Source: Longimicrobiales bacterium (GTDB taxonomy: Bacteria > Gemmatimonadota > Gemmatimonadetes > Longimicrobiales > Gaopeijiaceae). Taken from it: 64,000 nt of DNA. How positions within the stretch are numbered: position 1 is the first letter of the stretch; every line of letters begins with the position of its first letter. Positions 18,551-27,562 of the stretch are shown in pieces. Position numbers and translations under genes: made by a program. The notes beneath the pieces are model-generated. The model did no database searches, was not told the DNA's origin, and worked only from the letters and a program-made list of their open reading frames with translations. Location: contig OZ252251.1 in NCBI GenBank assembly GCA_965249725.1, forward strand, positions 544,001 through 608,000, given 5' to 3'.

Positions 18551-19270
18551 CTACAAGCCCGACTCCAACCTCGTGTTCACCACCAACTCCGGCACCGAAG
18601 TATTGTTCGGAAGACGCAGCAGAAACGAGACGATCTCCGCCAAGGTGTCGGGGGGGATCCGTTCGGCAACCGGTGTCACGCCCGGAATCGACTGGATCAT
18701 CGGGGTGTCTACCGCGCCGGGGCAGAGGGCCGTGACGCGCACCCCGTGCTCCCATCCGGCGGTCTTTGCGGCGTGACTCAGCGCCAGGACGGCGTGCTTG
18801 GACATGGCATAGCCCACCGAGACCCCCGCCCGGTACCGCTTGGCATCGGTCGAGCCGACGTTGATGATCCGGCCGCTGCCCGTCTCGGACAGATGGGGCA
18901 GAGCGTGGCGGATGAGCCGGAACGGCGCTTTCACGTTGACGGTCCAGAGCTCGTCCAACAGCTCCTCGTCACCTTCGTCGAAGAACACCTGGCGCAGGAT
19001 ACCGGCGTTGTTGATGAGTGCGTCGATCCGCCCGAAGTGCTCGGCGGTCGCGTCGACCCAGGCCTTGGCCGTGTCGGCCTCCCCGGCCTCGAACCGGCAG
19101 ATCAGTCCACGATCGGAGTCCAGCCCCGGAAACATCTCGCGAGCCTTGGCGACGTCCCGGACTCCCAGCGACAGCCGGAACCCGTCCTCGGCCAATCGCC
19201 GTGTAAGCGCTGCCCCGATTCCTCCGGTGGCCCCGGAGAGCATGACGACCCGATCGTTTGGATCGATCAT
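18551..19270 (-). CDS. SDR family oxidoreductase
   Basis: SGATGGIG, INNAG, YAMSK, CPGAVDT. Confidence 0.9.
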   Translation of the reverse strand: MIDPNDRVVMLSGATGGIGAALTRRLAEDGFRLSLGVRDVAKAREMFPGLDSDRGLICRFEAGEADTAKAWVDATAEHFGRIDALINNAGILRQVFFDEGDEELLDELWTVNVKAPFRLIRHALPHLSETGSGRIINVGSTDAKRYRAGVSVGYAMSKHAVLALSHAAKTAGWEHGVRVTALCPGAVDTPMIQSIPGVTPVAERIPPDTLAEIVSFLLRLPNNTSVPELVVNTRLESGL

Positions 19271-19288
19271 CTAGGTAAGCCCCTGCAT

Positions 19289-20071
19289 CTAAAACAGCCC
19301 CTGATAGACACCACCGTCGTTGATGATGTTCTGACCGGTCATGAACCCCGACTGCGCCGCGCAGATGTAGGCGACCAGGTCGCCGCACTCCGACGGCTCG
19401 GCGAAGCGCCCTGCCGGACATCCGTTCTTCCGGTCTTCGACGATCGCTTCATACGTCGTGTTCCCGCGTTTTGCGTGGGCGTGCAGGTTGGTGTGCAGCG
19501 CCTCGGTGCTGAAGAGCCCGGGACACACCGTGTTGATGGTGACGTTGTGCGGAATCAGCTCGCGGACCATGGAGGCGATCGCACCGCTCAGTCCGAGGCG
19601 AGCCGAGTGGCTCGCGGCGAAGCCGACCTGCGGGAACTTGATGAAGCTCACCGACATGCTGACCATCCGGCCGAAGCGCCGCTCACACATGCCCGGCGCC
19701 ACCCCACGGATCAGGTCCAGGGTCGAGTAGAAGTGAGCGTCCATCCAGTGGTCCCAATCGGCCCGACTCATGGTGCGGAAGTCGGCCGGCACCTGCTTCA
19801 CCCCCGGATTGGCGACCAGAATATCGGGTTCGGGGCAGGCCTCGAGGACCGCGGCTCGTCCGTCCTCGATCGTGATGTCTCCGGGGACTGCATGGACCGC
19901 GCTTCCGGTGGCTGCCGCGATCTCGCCTGCCGTCTCTTCGAGCGTCTCTTTGGTCCGCGCTGTGATCCACACTTCGACGCCTTCCCGAGCCAGCGACTCT
20001 GCGCATGCACGCCCGAGTCCCATGCTTGCTGCGGTGACAATGGCGCGGCGTCCCTGGATTCCGAGATCCAT
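19289..20071 (-). CDS. SDR family oxidoreductase, atypical (SxxxR in place of YxxxK)
   Basis: MDLGIQGRRAIVTAASMGLG, PDILVAN, SHSARLGL, NTVCPG, GFMTGQNIINDGG. Confidence 0.88.
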   Translation of the reverse strand: MDLGIQGRRAIVTAASMGLGRACAESLAREGVEVWITARTKETLEETAGEIAAATGSAVHAVPGDITIEDGRAAVLEACPEPDILVANPGVKQVPADFRTMSRADWDHWMDAHFYSTLDLIRGVAPGMCERRFGRMVSMSVSFIKFPQVGFAASHSARLGLSGAIASMVRELIPHNVTINTVCPGLFSTEALHTNLHAHAKRGNTTYEAIVEDRKNGCPAGRFAEPSECGDLVAYICAAQSGFMTGQNIINDGGVYQGLF

Positions 20072-20075
20072 TGCG

Positions 20076-21524
20076 CTACTCCCCGGCCTCGGGTGCGAAC
20101 GACCCTGCCAACAGGTGCGGAGGAACTCGGAAACGGCCCGCCGCGTCCCGGAACTCTTCGCGGTCACTGATCACATCCGCGGTGTCGCCGGTCACGAGCA
20201 CGGTCGCGGGCAGCCGCTGCGCGTTGTAGCGAGCCGCGCTCGACTCGCAGTAGCCGCCGGTGTCTAGGAAAGCCACCAGATCGCCCCGCACGAGAGGCGG
20301 CATCTTGCGGTGCTTTCCGAGCTCGTCGGAGTTACAGAGCGGCCCGACCAGATCGACGGCTTCGGTCCCCTCGGCGCCGGCGTTCCGCACGGGGAGCGCG
20401 TGGTAGTACCAGTCGAGGATGGCCGCCCACGACAGGTGATTGGTCGACAGATCCAGATTGACCCACTTCTTGGTCTCACCGGTCTTCACGGCGCCCACCG
20501 TCCCGACCGTGACGCCCGCCGGCCCCGACAGGGCACGACCGGGCTCCAGTCGGAGCTTCGGCAACGGAAAGTCCAGACGCTCTGCCTCGTCCTTGATCGC
20601 CGTGGCGCACTCTCTGGCGTAGTCGTCCGCGGTAGGCGCGCTGTCGTCGTCCATCTGCGAGTTGGGGCCTGTGCCGTACCACTTGCCGAAGGTCCAGCCG
20701 CCGCCGATGTCGATGGTGGGCGCCGCCCACCCCGTCTCGTCACGAATGTACCCGGCCCACGTAATCATCTCGCCCGCCATCACGGCGAAGTCGGCCGCGA
20801 CGTTCGACATGCGGCTCAGGTGGAAATGGATCTCCATGAGGTGCATGTTCGACATACCTTGGGCGCGCTTCACGATCTCGACGGTCTGCTCGCGGGTCAT
20901 GCCCCACTTGGTGGAATCGCTCTGCTCCTTCAACGTGCCCGGTCCGTGCATGGCGACGCCCACGCGCTCGGCCAGCGGGTCGAGATCGAGCGCGAGGCGG
21001 ATCCCGATATCCACCTCTTTGCCGAGGCGCTTCGCGACCGCGTCGATGCGGTCGAGCTCGTCCATGGCGTCGATGTTGACGCACAGCCCGTTGGCAATAG
21101 CCATCTCAAGCTCTTCGTCTTCCTTGTTCGACCCGTTCAGGACAAGCGTCTTGGGGTCCGTACCAGCCAGGAGCGCCAGGTACATCTCGGTGTTGCCGAA
21201 GCAGTCTCCGCCCGCCCCTTCCTGGTTCATGATGTGACGGATCGCCAACCCATTGTTCGACTTGTTGGCAAAAAGGATTTCGCTGTTGGGATAGTGCTCG
21301 CGGAAGGCGTCGCGGAACGACCTGTAGGTGTACCGAAGCTGATTCTCCGACATGATGAAGAGCGGACTGCCGAAGCGCTCGACCAGGTCCGCTACGTCGC
21401 ACCCGTCGACCCACAGATTGCCGTTCGGGCCGATGCCGATGAACTCGCCGAAACTGGTTTCATATTCGCGCGGCTCGAGCTGCGGCGCGCGCCCTGCTTT
21501 GGGAAGAGTGGGTGCACTCATCAT
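20076..21524 (-). CDS. LysA-like PLP-dependent group IV decarboxylase, divergent
   Basis: FGSPLFI, FANKSN (PLP Lys), NGSNK, IDIGGG, LEPGR, VGPLC, GGY...YN. RBS taggag upstream. Confidence 0.85.
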   Translation of the reverse strand: MMSAPTLPKAGRAPQLEPREYETSFGEFIGIGPNGNLWVDGCDVADLVERFGSPLFIMSENQLRYTYRSFRDAFREHYPNSEILFANKSNNGLAIRHIMNQEGAGGDCFGNTEMYLALLAGTDPKTLVLNGSNKEDEELEMAIANGLCVNIDAMDELDRIDAVAKRLGKEVDIGIRLALDLDPLAERVGVAMHGPGTLKEQSDSTKWGMTREQTVEIVKRAQGMSNMHLMEIHFHLSRMSNVAADFAVMAGEMITWAGYIRDETGWAAPTIDIGGGWTFGKWYGTGPNSQMDDDSAPTADDYARECATAIKDEAERLDFPLPKLRLEPGRALSGPAGVTVGTVGAVKTGETKKWVNLDLSTNHLSWAAILDWYYHALPVRNAGAEGTEAVDLVGPLCNSDELGKHRKMPPLVRGDLVAFLDTGGYCESSAARYNAQRLPATVLVTGDTADVISDREEFRDAAGRFRVPPHLLAGSFAPEAGE

Positions 21525-21588
21525 TGAACTCCTACTAGGGTTGATCGTGTTGATTTCGTTTGTGTCTCGATTGCATGGAAGGCCTGTT

Positions 21589-22491
21589 TCATAGGAGGCC
21601 CAGCGCAGCCAGGCCGCTCTCCAGGCCTCTTCGTGGTTCGTCGGGAAGCGGCTGCAAGGGCGCTCGAGGACGCCCACCTCCCGGCAGTCCCTGCATGTCC
21701 ATCGCGGCCTTCGTCGCGGGGTACAGCGTCCGCCCACCGGTCGTGCAGAGGTCGGTGAGCTTGCGGCCGAGCGCCTGGACCTCGCCCGCCCGCTCCTTGT
21801 CGCCTCTGGCGGGGGCTTGATAGAGCTCTAACGCGTCGATCCACATGTTCGGGAAACAATCGATGACGCCGTCGGCGCCGAGCTCTACCGCGGGCACACC
21901 GTAGATCGAGGACGGACCGCAGAAGACGCGGAGCCGATCGCGGACTTCCAGGAACGTCGCGTAGTAGTTGTTCCAGTCGCCACCACTCTCCTTGATGGCG
22001 ACCACGCGCTCCAGCTCTGCCAGCCTACCGGCAAGCGAGGGGCTCAGTTCGTTGACCGCGTTTCCGGGGATGTTGTACAGGAGGATCGGGATCCCGACGG
22101 CGTCGGAGATCGCCGAATAGTGCGCGAAGATCTCGTCGTCTGTCAGTTGGACGAAGTAGGGCGGCAAAATCAGGGCGCCATCGCAGCCCGCCTCTTCCGC
22201 TTCGCGGGTGAGAGCCACGGTCTCGTCTACGGTGACGGCCCCAGTGCCCACGATAAGGGTCCCGGCGTTGCCGACCGCCTCTCTCGCCAGGTGGTACAGA
22301 CGTTTGCGCTCCTCGTGGGTCAGCGCCCAGAACTCACCCGTGCAGCCACCGGCTACGACTCCGGTCGCGCCGCTCGCGAGCAGGCGCTCCACGTTCCGTT
22401 GAAACGACTTCTCATCGATGCCGCCGTCCGTTTGAAACGGAGTCGTGACGGCCGGCATCGGGCCGGCCCAATCGACGCTGGTTCGATCCAT
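21589..22491 (-). CDS. DapA/NanA-superfamily protein (paralog 2)
   Basis: PAVTTPF, GGCTGEF, LPPYF, LYNIPGN, IKESGGD. Confidence 0.9.
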   Translation of the reverse strand: MDRTSVDWAGPMPAVTTPFQTDGGIDEKSFQRNVERLLASGATGVVAGGCTGEFWALTHEERKRLYHLAREAVGNAGTLIVGTGAVTVDETVALTREAEEAGCDGALILPPYFVQLTDDEIFAHYSAISDAVGIPILLYNIPGNAVNELSPSLAGRLAELERVVAIKESGGDWNNYYATFLEVRDRLRVFCGPSSIYGVPAVELGADGVIDCFPNMWIDALELYQAPARGDKERAGEVQALGRKLTDLCTTGGRTLYPATKAAMDMQGLPGGGRPRAPLQPLPDEPRRGLESGLAALGLL

Positions 22492-22926
22492 GGTGCGTTG
22501 GTCCTCTAGTTCGCTGGTCCGCCGGTTTGCTGGCTCGTCCGCTCGACGACCCTACAGCCGTGGCATGCTCCCATCCCCACGAGAATATCCTCCGGTCGGA
22601 CTCCAAGCGAGACTGCTCCCAGGGTGGGGGGCGGAGGGGTTGTCTTGCCTATCCAAGTCGGGCTCGCCGAGCCCTTCTAGCCGCGGCCGAGTTTCTTGTG
22701 ATCCCGCAGGAGTTCCAGCGCACGCGCGAGTCGCTCGGAAAGTCCACTCGCAACGCTGCCAGGGCCCGTTGATGACAATGGTGGGGAGGCGAGTCACCCC
22801 GACAGCGAGGATCGGTCTTGTGGGTCGAGGTGCGGCAAGAGTACGGTGTACCAGTGCGAACGAGCGAGGCGTCATCGGGTGTGGAGCCGTTGCACCCGAA
22901 TCCACCTCCAAATGGAATGGAGCATC

Positions 22927-23331
22927 ATGACAGAACGAGGCCTGTGGTTCCGCGACCTGGCTCACGGTCTGCTGCGTTTCGTTGCCGGGTTTCAGCTCTG
23001 GCAGCATGGCGCGCAAAAGCTTCTGGGCTGGTTTCGTGACGCGCCGCGCGAAGTGCCGTTGGAGGCGTTCTCCTTGGTCTGGAACGCCGGGATGATCGAG
23101 TTCTTCGGGGGCGCCCTGATCGCGGTGGGCCTCTTCAGTCGGCCGGTGGCCTTCGTCCTGACCGGCCACATGGCCGTGATCTTCTGGTGGCGTCACTTTC
23201 CGCCATTCTGGCCGTTGACGAACGGGGGAGAGGCCCCGATCCTGTTCTGCTTCATCTTCCTCCTTGTCTGGGCGTGGGGTGGAGGTCCCTTCAGCGTCGA
23301 TGCGATGTTGGCGAAGCGCCATCCGCGTTGA
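22927..23331 (+). CDS. DoxX family membrane protein
   Basis: LLRFVAG...HGAQKLLGWF, IEFFGGALIAVGLFSRPVAF, NGGE, GGGPFSVD. RBS ggag upstream. Confidence 0.9.
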   Translation: MTERGLWFRDLAHGLLRFVAGFQLWQHGAQKLLGWFRDAPREVPLEAFSLVWNAGMIEFFGGALIAVGLFSRPVAFVLTGHMAVIFWWRHFPPFWPLTNGGEAPILFCFIFLLVWAWGGGPFSVDAMLAKRHPR

Positions 23332-24448
23332 GCCGCCGGCCCGTTGAGGCATCGAAGAGATGGAGGCGTTCGCCCCGGAGGGCGAAGCGGACCGTCTCCC
23401 CGGCGCTGATCGGCGTGTCGCCCGGTGCACGGGCGATCAACGGAGTGCCCTCGGCATCCAACCGGACGATGCTCTCGTGACCCGTTCGCTCGACAACCCT
23501 CACGTCGGCCGAATGCTCGCCATCCCCGATGAGGATATCCTCCGGCCGGATGCCCAGCGAGACCGGTCCTGGCACGACCGAGTCCCTGAGCAGCCCGGGC
23601 GCAAGAGGGATGTCGAGTGCGTCGCATCGCACCCGGAACCGCGCGGCACCGCCGCGGTTCGCGGCACCGCCGCGTTTTGCGTCCCGGTCGCCTGACTCGC
23701 TCACCGAGATCAACTCCCCCGACACCAGCGACATACCCGGCGAGCCGATGAACCCCGCGACGAACACGTTGGCCGGACGGTGGAAGATGTCCGCAGGAGT
23801 CGCGAACTGCTGGAGCACGCCAGCGTTCATTACGGCGATCCGAGTGGACATCGTCATCGCTTCGAGCTGGTCGTGCGTGACGTAGATCATGGTTCGCCCG
23901 ATCCGTCGATGCAGCTCGATGAGTTCGGCTCGCATGTGGGCGCGCAGCCGCGCATCGAGGTTGGACAGCGGCTCGTCCAGCAGGAACACCTCCGGCTCCC
24001 GGACCAGGGCACGACCCAGAGCAACGCGCTGTTGCTGTCCGCCCGACAGCTGGCGTGGCTTACGATCCAACAGCTCTTCCAACTCCAGCAGACGGGCGGT
24101 GGCCCCGACACGCTCGGAGCGCTCGGGCTCACGAACGCCGCGCTTCCTCAACGGATAGGCGATGTTCTTCCCGACCGTCATGTGCGGATAGAGCGCATAC
24201 GACTGAAAGACCATCGCGATATCGCGCTGGGACGGCGGGACGCCGTTCACCACTCGTTCGCCGATGCGGAGGGTCCCCCCGGTGGGCTCTTCCAGTCCCG
24301 CCAGCATCCGGAGCGTGGTCGTCTTGCCGCAGCCGGAGGGCCCGAGCAGGCTGACGAACTCCCCCTCGTCGATCGTCAGGTCGAGGTCATCGACCGCTAC
24401 GGTGGATCCGAACTCCTTACGGACCTTCTCGAAGGCGACCTCAGCCAC
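23291..24448 (-). CDS. CUT1 ABC transporter ATP-binding protein (MalK/UgpC-like)
   Basis: GPSGCGKTT, VFQSYALYPHM, LSGGQQQRVALGR, DEPLSNLDA, YVTHDQ, TOBE-like C-terminus. Confidence 0.95.
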   Translation of the reverse strand: MAEVAFEKVRKEFGSTVAVDDLDLTIDEGEFVSLLGPSGCGKTTTLRMLAGLEEPTGGTLRIGERVVNGVPPSQRDIAMVFQSYALYPHMTVGKNIAYPLRKRGVREPERSERVGATARLLELEELLDRKPRQLSGGQQQRVALGRALVREPEVFLLDEPLSNLDARLRAHMRAELIELHRRIGRTMIYVTHDQLEAMTMSTRIAVMNAGVLQQFATPADIFHRPANVFVAGFIGSPGMSLVSGELISVSESGDRDAKRGGAANRGGAARFRVRCDALDIPLAPGLLRDSVVPGPVSLGIRPEDILIGDGEHSADVRVVERTGHESIVRLDAEGTPLIARAPGDTPISAGETVRFALRGERLHLFDASTGRRLNADGASPTSHRR

Positions 24449-24451
24449 GCG

Positions 24452-25282
24452 TCACCCCTTCACCGCGCCGGCGCCGAAGCCCTTCGTCAGCGTGCCCTGA
24501 AGGAACGTGAAGATCACGATGAGCGGCAGGCTCATCATGACGGAGGCGGCCATCAGCAAGGACCAATCGATGTTGAACGCCGTGATCAGCATGTTCATGG
24601 TGCCTGCGGTCAGAGGACGAACATTGTCGGAATTCACGAGCACCAGCGCGAACAAGTACTCGTTCCAGCAGAGAATGAACGTGAACAGCGCCGTCGACAC
24701 GATACCCGGCAGAGCCTGCGGGAGAATCACATCGACGAAGGCTCCCATGCGGCTCGCCCCGTCGATCAAGGCCGCGGATTCGAGATCCTCTGGGATACCG
24801 GCCATGAAGGAGCGCAGCAGCCAGAGCGCATAGGGCAGGGCGAAGGTGGTGTAGGCGATCACCAGGCTGGCGAGCGTGTTGGCCAGGCCCAGCTTCACCA
24901 TCATCAGGTACAACGGGATGATCAACACGACCGACGGCATCAGGTAGGTGAACAGGACGAGCGTCGCGAGGGTCTGGCGGCCGCGGTACCGGAAACGCAC
25001 CAGGCTATAGGCCCCCAGCGTGCCGAGCACGATGACCACGAAGGTCGTCGTAACCGCCAGGACCATCGAATTGCGGAAGTACTGGAGGAACGGTGTCTCG
25101 GTCAGGAGCCTGATGTAGTGCTGGAGCGTGATCGTTTCGGGCGCCAGAGTGGGCGGAATGCGGAACAGCTCGGACTGAGGCTTGATCGAGGTGACGACCA
25201 TCCAGATCAACGGAAAGACGACCGCGAGCACGACCGTCCAGGCGACGACGCTCCAGATCACTTTGGCCCGTGCCGCGCGCAT
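24452..25282 (-). CDS. CUT1 ABC transporter permease (MalG-like)
   Basis: Six TM segments, EAA loop LESAALIDGASR, WNEYLFA, GAVKG C-terminus. Confidence 0.95.
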   Translation of the reverse strand: MRAARAKVIWSVVAWTVVLAVVFPLIWMVVTSIKPQSELFRIPPTLAPETITLQHYIRLLTETPFLQYFRNSMVLAVTTTFVVIVLGTLGAYSLVRFRYRGRQTLATLVLFTYLMPSVVLIIPLYLMMVKLGLANTLASLVIAYTTFALPYALWLLRSFMAGIPEDLESAALIDGASRMGAFVDVILPQALPGIVSTALFTFILCWNEYLFALVLVNSDNVRPLTAGTMNMLITAFNIDWSLLMAASVMMSLPLIVIFTFLQGTLTKGFGAGAVKG

Positions 25283-26178
25283 CAGCCCTCCTCGGGCCGG
25301 TTGGTCTGCCGGAGGTAGAGCAACGTAAACCCGAGCAGCACCAGCATCATCGCGACCGCGTAGCTGGACGCCATCCCCATGCGGTTCAACCGGAATGCTT
25401 CCTCATACACGAGGAGCGACAGCGTCTGCGTCGCCTTCACGGGTCCGCCCCCGGTCATCAGGTAGATCAGGTCGAACTCCTTGAAGTCCCAGATCGCACG
25501 CAGGAGAACGATCACCACGAGGACGTCGCGCAGCTGCGGAAGCGTGATGTCGGTAAAGCGCTGGAACGGGCCGGCCCCATCGATGGTGGCGGCTTCGTAG
25601 AGCTGCTCCGGAATGGACTGGAGGCGCGCCAGGACGGCGATCACCACGAACGGAAAGTACTTCCAAGCCCCCACGAGAATGATCGAGATCATGGCGTTGG
25701 GCATCTCGCCCAGCCAGTTGACCGGCGCGTCGATCAGCCCCGTGACCAAGAGCGTGTGGTTCAGGATCCCGTAGAGGTCGTTGAAGAGCCACCGCCACAC
25801 GAGGACCGCCACGACCGTCGACAGGAAGTAAGGGAAGAGGATCAGACTGCGGGCCAGCGAGCGGAAGACGATGGACTGATTGAGCAACAGCGCCACCGCC
25901 ACGCCGCAGACGAGCTGCAGCGTCAGGGTCCCAACCGTCCAGATCAGCGTGTTGAGGACCGCGTTCCAGAAGTCTCCGCTGGCCAGGAGTGCGCTGTAGT
26001 TGTCCACTCCCACCCACTCCCCGGCGAGGGTCGGGGTGTAGATCGAGAAGAGGGACAGGTAGATCGCCGAGACGAGCGGATAGAGGATGACCGCGCAGAA
26101 CACCAACACCGTCGGTGCGATGAGCACGGCGCCGAGCATGGCGTAGCGCTTCTCGAGCGAGGGTGCCGCGGAATTCAT
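25282..26178 (-). CDS. CUT1 ABC transporter permease (MalF-like)
   Basis: EAA loop LYEAATIDGAG, ITLPQL, MTGGGP. Confidence 0.95.
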   Translation of the reverse strand: MNSAAPSLEKRYAMLGAVLIAPTVLVFCAVILYPLVSAIYLSLFSIYTPTLAGEWVGVDNYSALLASGDFWNAVLNTLIWTVGTLTLQLVCGVAVALLLNQSIVFRSLARSLILFPYFLSTVVAVLVWRWLFNDLYGILNHTLLVTGLIDAPVNWLGEMPNAMISIILVGAWKYFPFVVIAVLARLQSIPEQLYEAATIDGAGPFQRFTDITLPQLRDVLVVIVLLRAIWDFKEFDLIYLMTGGGPVKATQTLSLLVYEEAFRLNRMGMASSYAVAMMLVLLGFTLLYLRQTNRPEEG

Positions 26179-26183
26179 CTCGG

Positions 26184-27503
26184 TCAGGCGCGCATGATTT
26201 CTTCGAGCCGCCTGGCGGTGTTGCCGACGGCGACCTGGGTGTTCTCATCGTTCAAGACCACCCGCTGGACCAGCTCCGCGATGGCATTCGAGGCGATCAT
26301 CTCGCCGGCCTTGGGATTCGGTCGGTGGGCCGGCGTCTCGAAGCCGAGGTTGTACCCCTTCGCCGCAGCGGAGGCCATGAGGTCGATCTCCTGCGGGTAC
26401 TTGCTGATGATCTCGTTATCGCGGTAGGCCGGGTCCTCGGCGACGGACTGGAGTACGGGCAGCACGTGTCCGGGCGCAGCATGCAACTGGGGGATGTAGC
26501 CCGCAGGTTCGAATAGAAATGCCGCGAAGAGCTTTGCCTCTTCTTTGTTCGCGGCTGCCGAGGGAATGCACACACCCGGAAAGTCGTTGTAGGTCCAAGC
26601 CGGGATGTCCCGCGACATCCGGGGATAGAGCGCGCAGGTAATCGAGTCTGCGATCTGGGGGTTCTGCGCCGCGACATTGGCGAGCACCCGGCCGGCGTAG
26701 ATCCCGGTGGCCGTGGCCCCGCTCACGAAAGACGTGAGCATCTCACCCCATGAATACCCGGTGGCGCCCGGGGGACAGAGCTCACGCATGGATCGGTAGA
26801 ACTCGAGGGCGTCGTAGGTCGCCTGCTGATTCAAAGCGATTTCGAGATCGGGCGTGAACACTGAGCCCCCGGCACGATGGATGAAGCCGATGAAGGTCAG
26901 CGAGTTGGCGGAATTCAGACCATACGGGAGAGGGGCACCGTAGATGCCCCCGGTCTGCATCGCTCGACAGGCCGCGCGCAGCTCGTCCCAGGTTTCGGGG
27001 ATCGCTTCGATCCCCGCTCGTTCCATCAGGTCGCGGCGAATCCACAGCATGTCGGCTGCGGTGTTTCCGATCGCGGTACCGACGTACTGACCGTCGGCGG
27101 CGCGATAGACGTCGTTCGCCCCGGGGTAGTAGTCGTCCGCTCCGATCGACTCGATGACGTCGTCGAACGGCTCGATCAGCCCGTGAGAGTAGTAACCCTG
27201 GATGGCGAACGAAGGCAGATGTGTGATGAGGTGCGGCACCTCTCCGGATGCGAACGCAGCGGCCAGTTGGGTCGAGTAGCCCTCGTCGGACATCGTCTCG
27301 AACACGACTTTGACTCCCGGCTGAGCGGCTTCGAATGCGGCGATCTGCCCTCGATACGCAGCGAGCTGAGCGGGCGCGCCCTGGGTCGACCACCACCGGA
27401 GCGTGACGCCTTCGGTCCCGTTCGTTTCCGTCCCCCCGCACGCCCCCGCCGCCGTCGCGACCCCGGCCCATCCGAGATACTTTAATGCGTCCCGCCGGGT
27501 CAT
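26184..27503 (-). CDS. ABC substrate-binding protein family 1, Tat lipoprotein
   Basis: MTRRDALK twin-arginine plus AAGAC lipobox; PETWDEL; FVSG. Lies directly upstream of the permeases. Confidence 0.88.
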   Translation of the reverse strand: MTRRDALKYLGWAGVATAAGACGGTETNGTEGVTLRWWSTQGAPAQLAAYRGQIAAFEAAQPGVKVVFETMSDEGYSTQLAAAFASGEVPHLITHLPSFAIQGYYSHGLIEPFDDVIESIGADDYYPGANDVYRAADGQYVGTAIGNTAADMLWIRRDLMERAGIEAIPETWDELRAACRAMQTGGIYGAPLPYGLNSANSLTFIGFIHRAGGSVFTPDLEIALNQQATYDALEFYRSMRELCPPGATGYSWGEMLTSFVSGATATGIYAGRVLANVAAQNPQIADSITCALYPRMSRDIPAWTYNDFPGVCIPSAAANKEEAKLFAAFLFEPAGYIPQLHAAPGHVLPVLQSVAEDPAYRDNEIISKYPQEIDLMASAAAKGYNLGFETPAHRPNPKAGEMIASNAIAELVQRVVLNDENTQVAVGNTARRLEEIMRA

Positions 27504-27562
27504 TGTCGCGCCCCCGATGATTGGCCCCTCAGTCATAGGCGATGTCTGACTCCTAGCACGCA

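Noticed and set aside
20076..22491. dapA-lysA lysine biosynthesis operon
   Set aside because: Both genes lack key specificity residues, no dapB, dapF or asd is nearby, and the context is catabolic.
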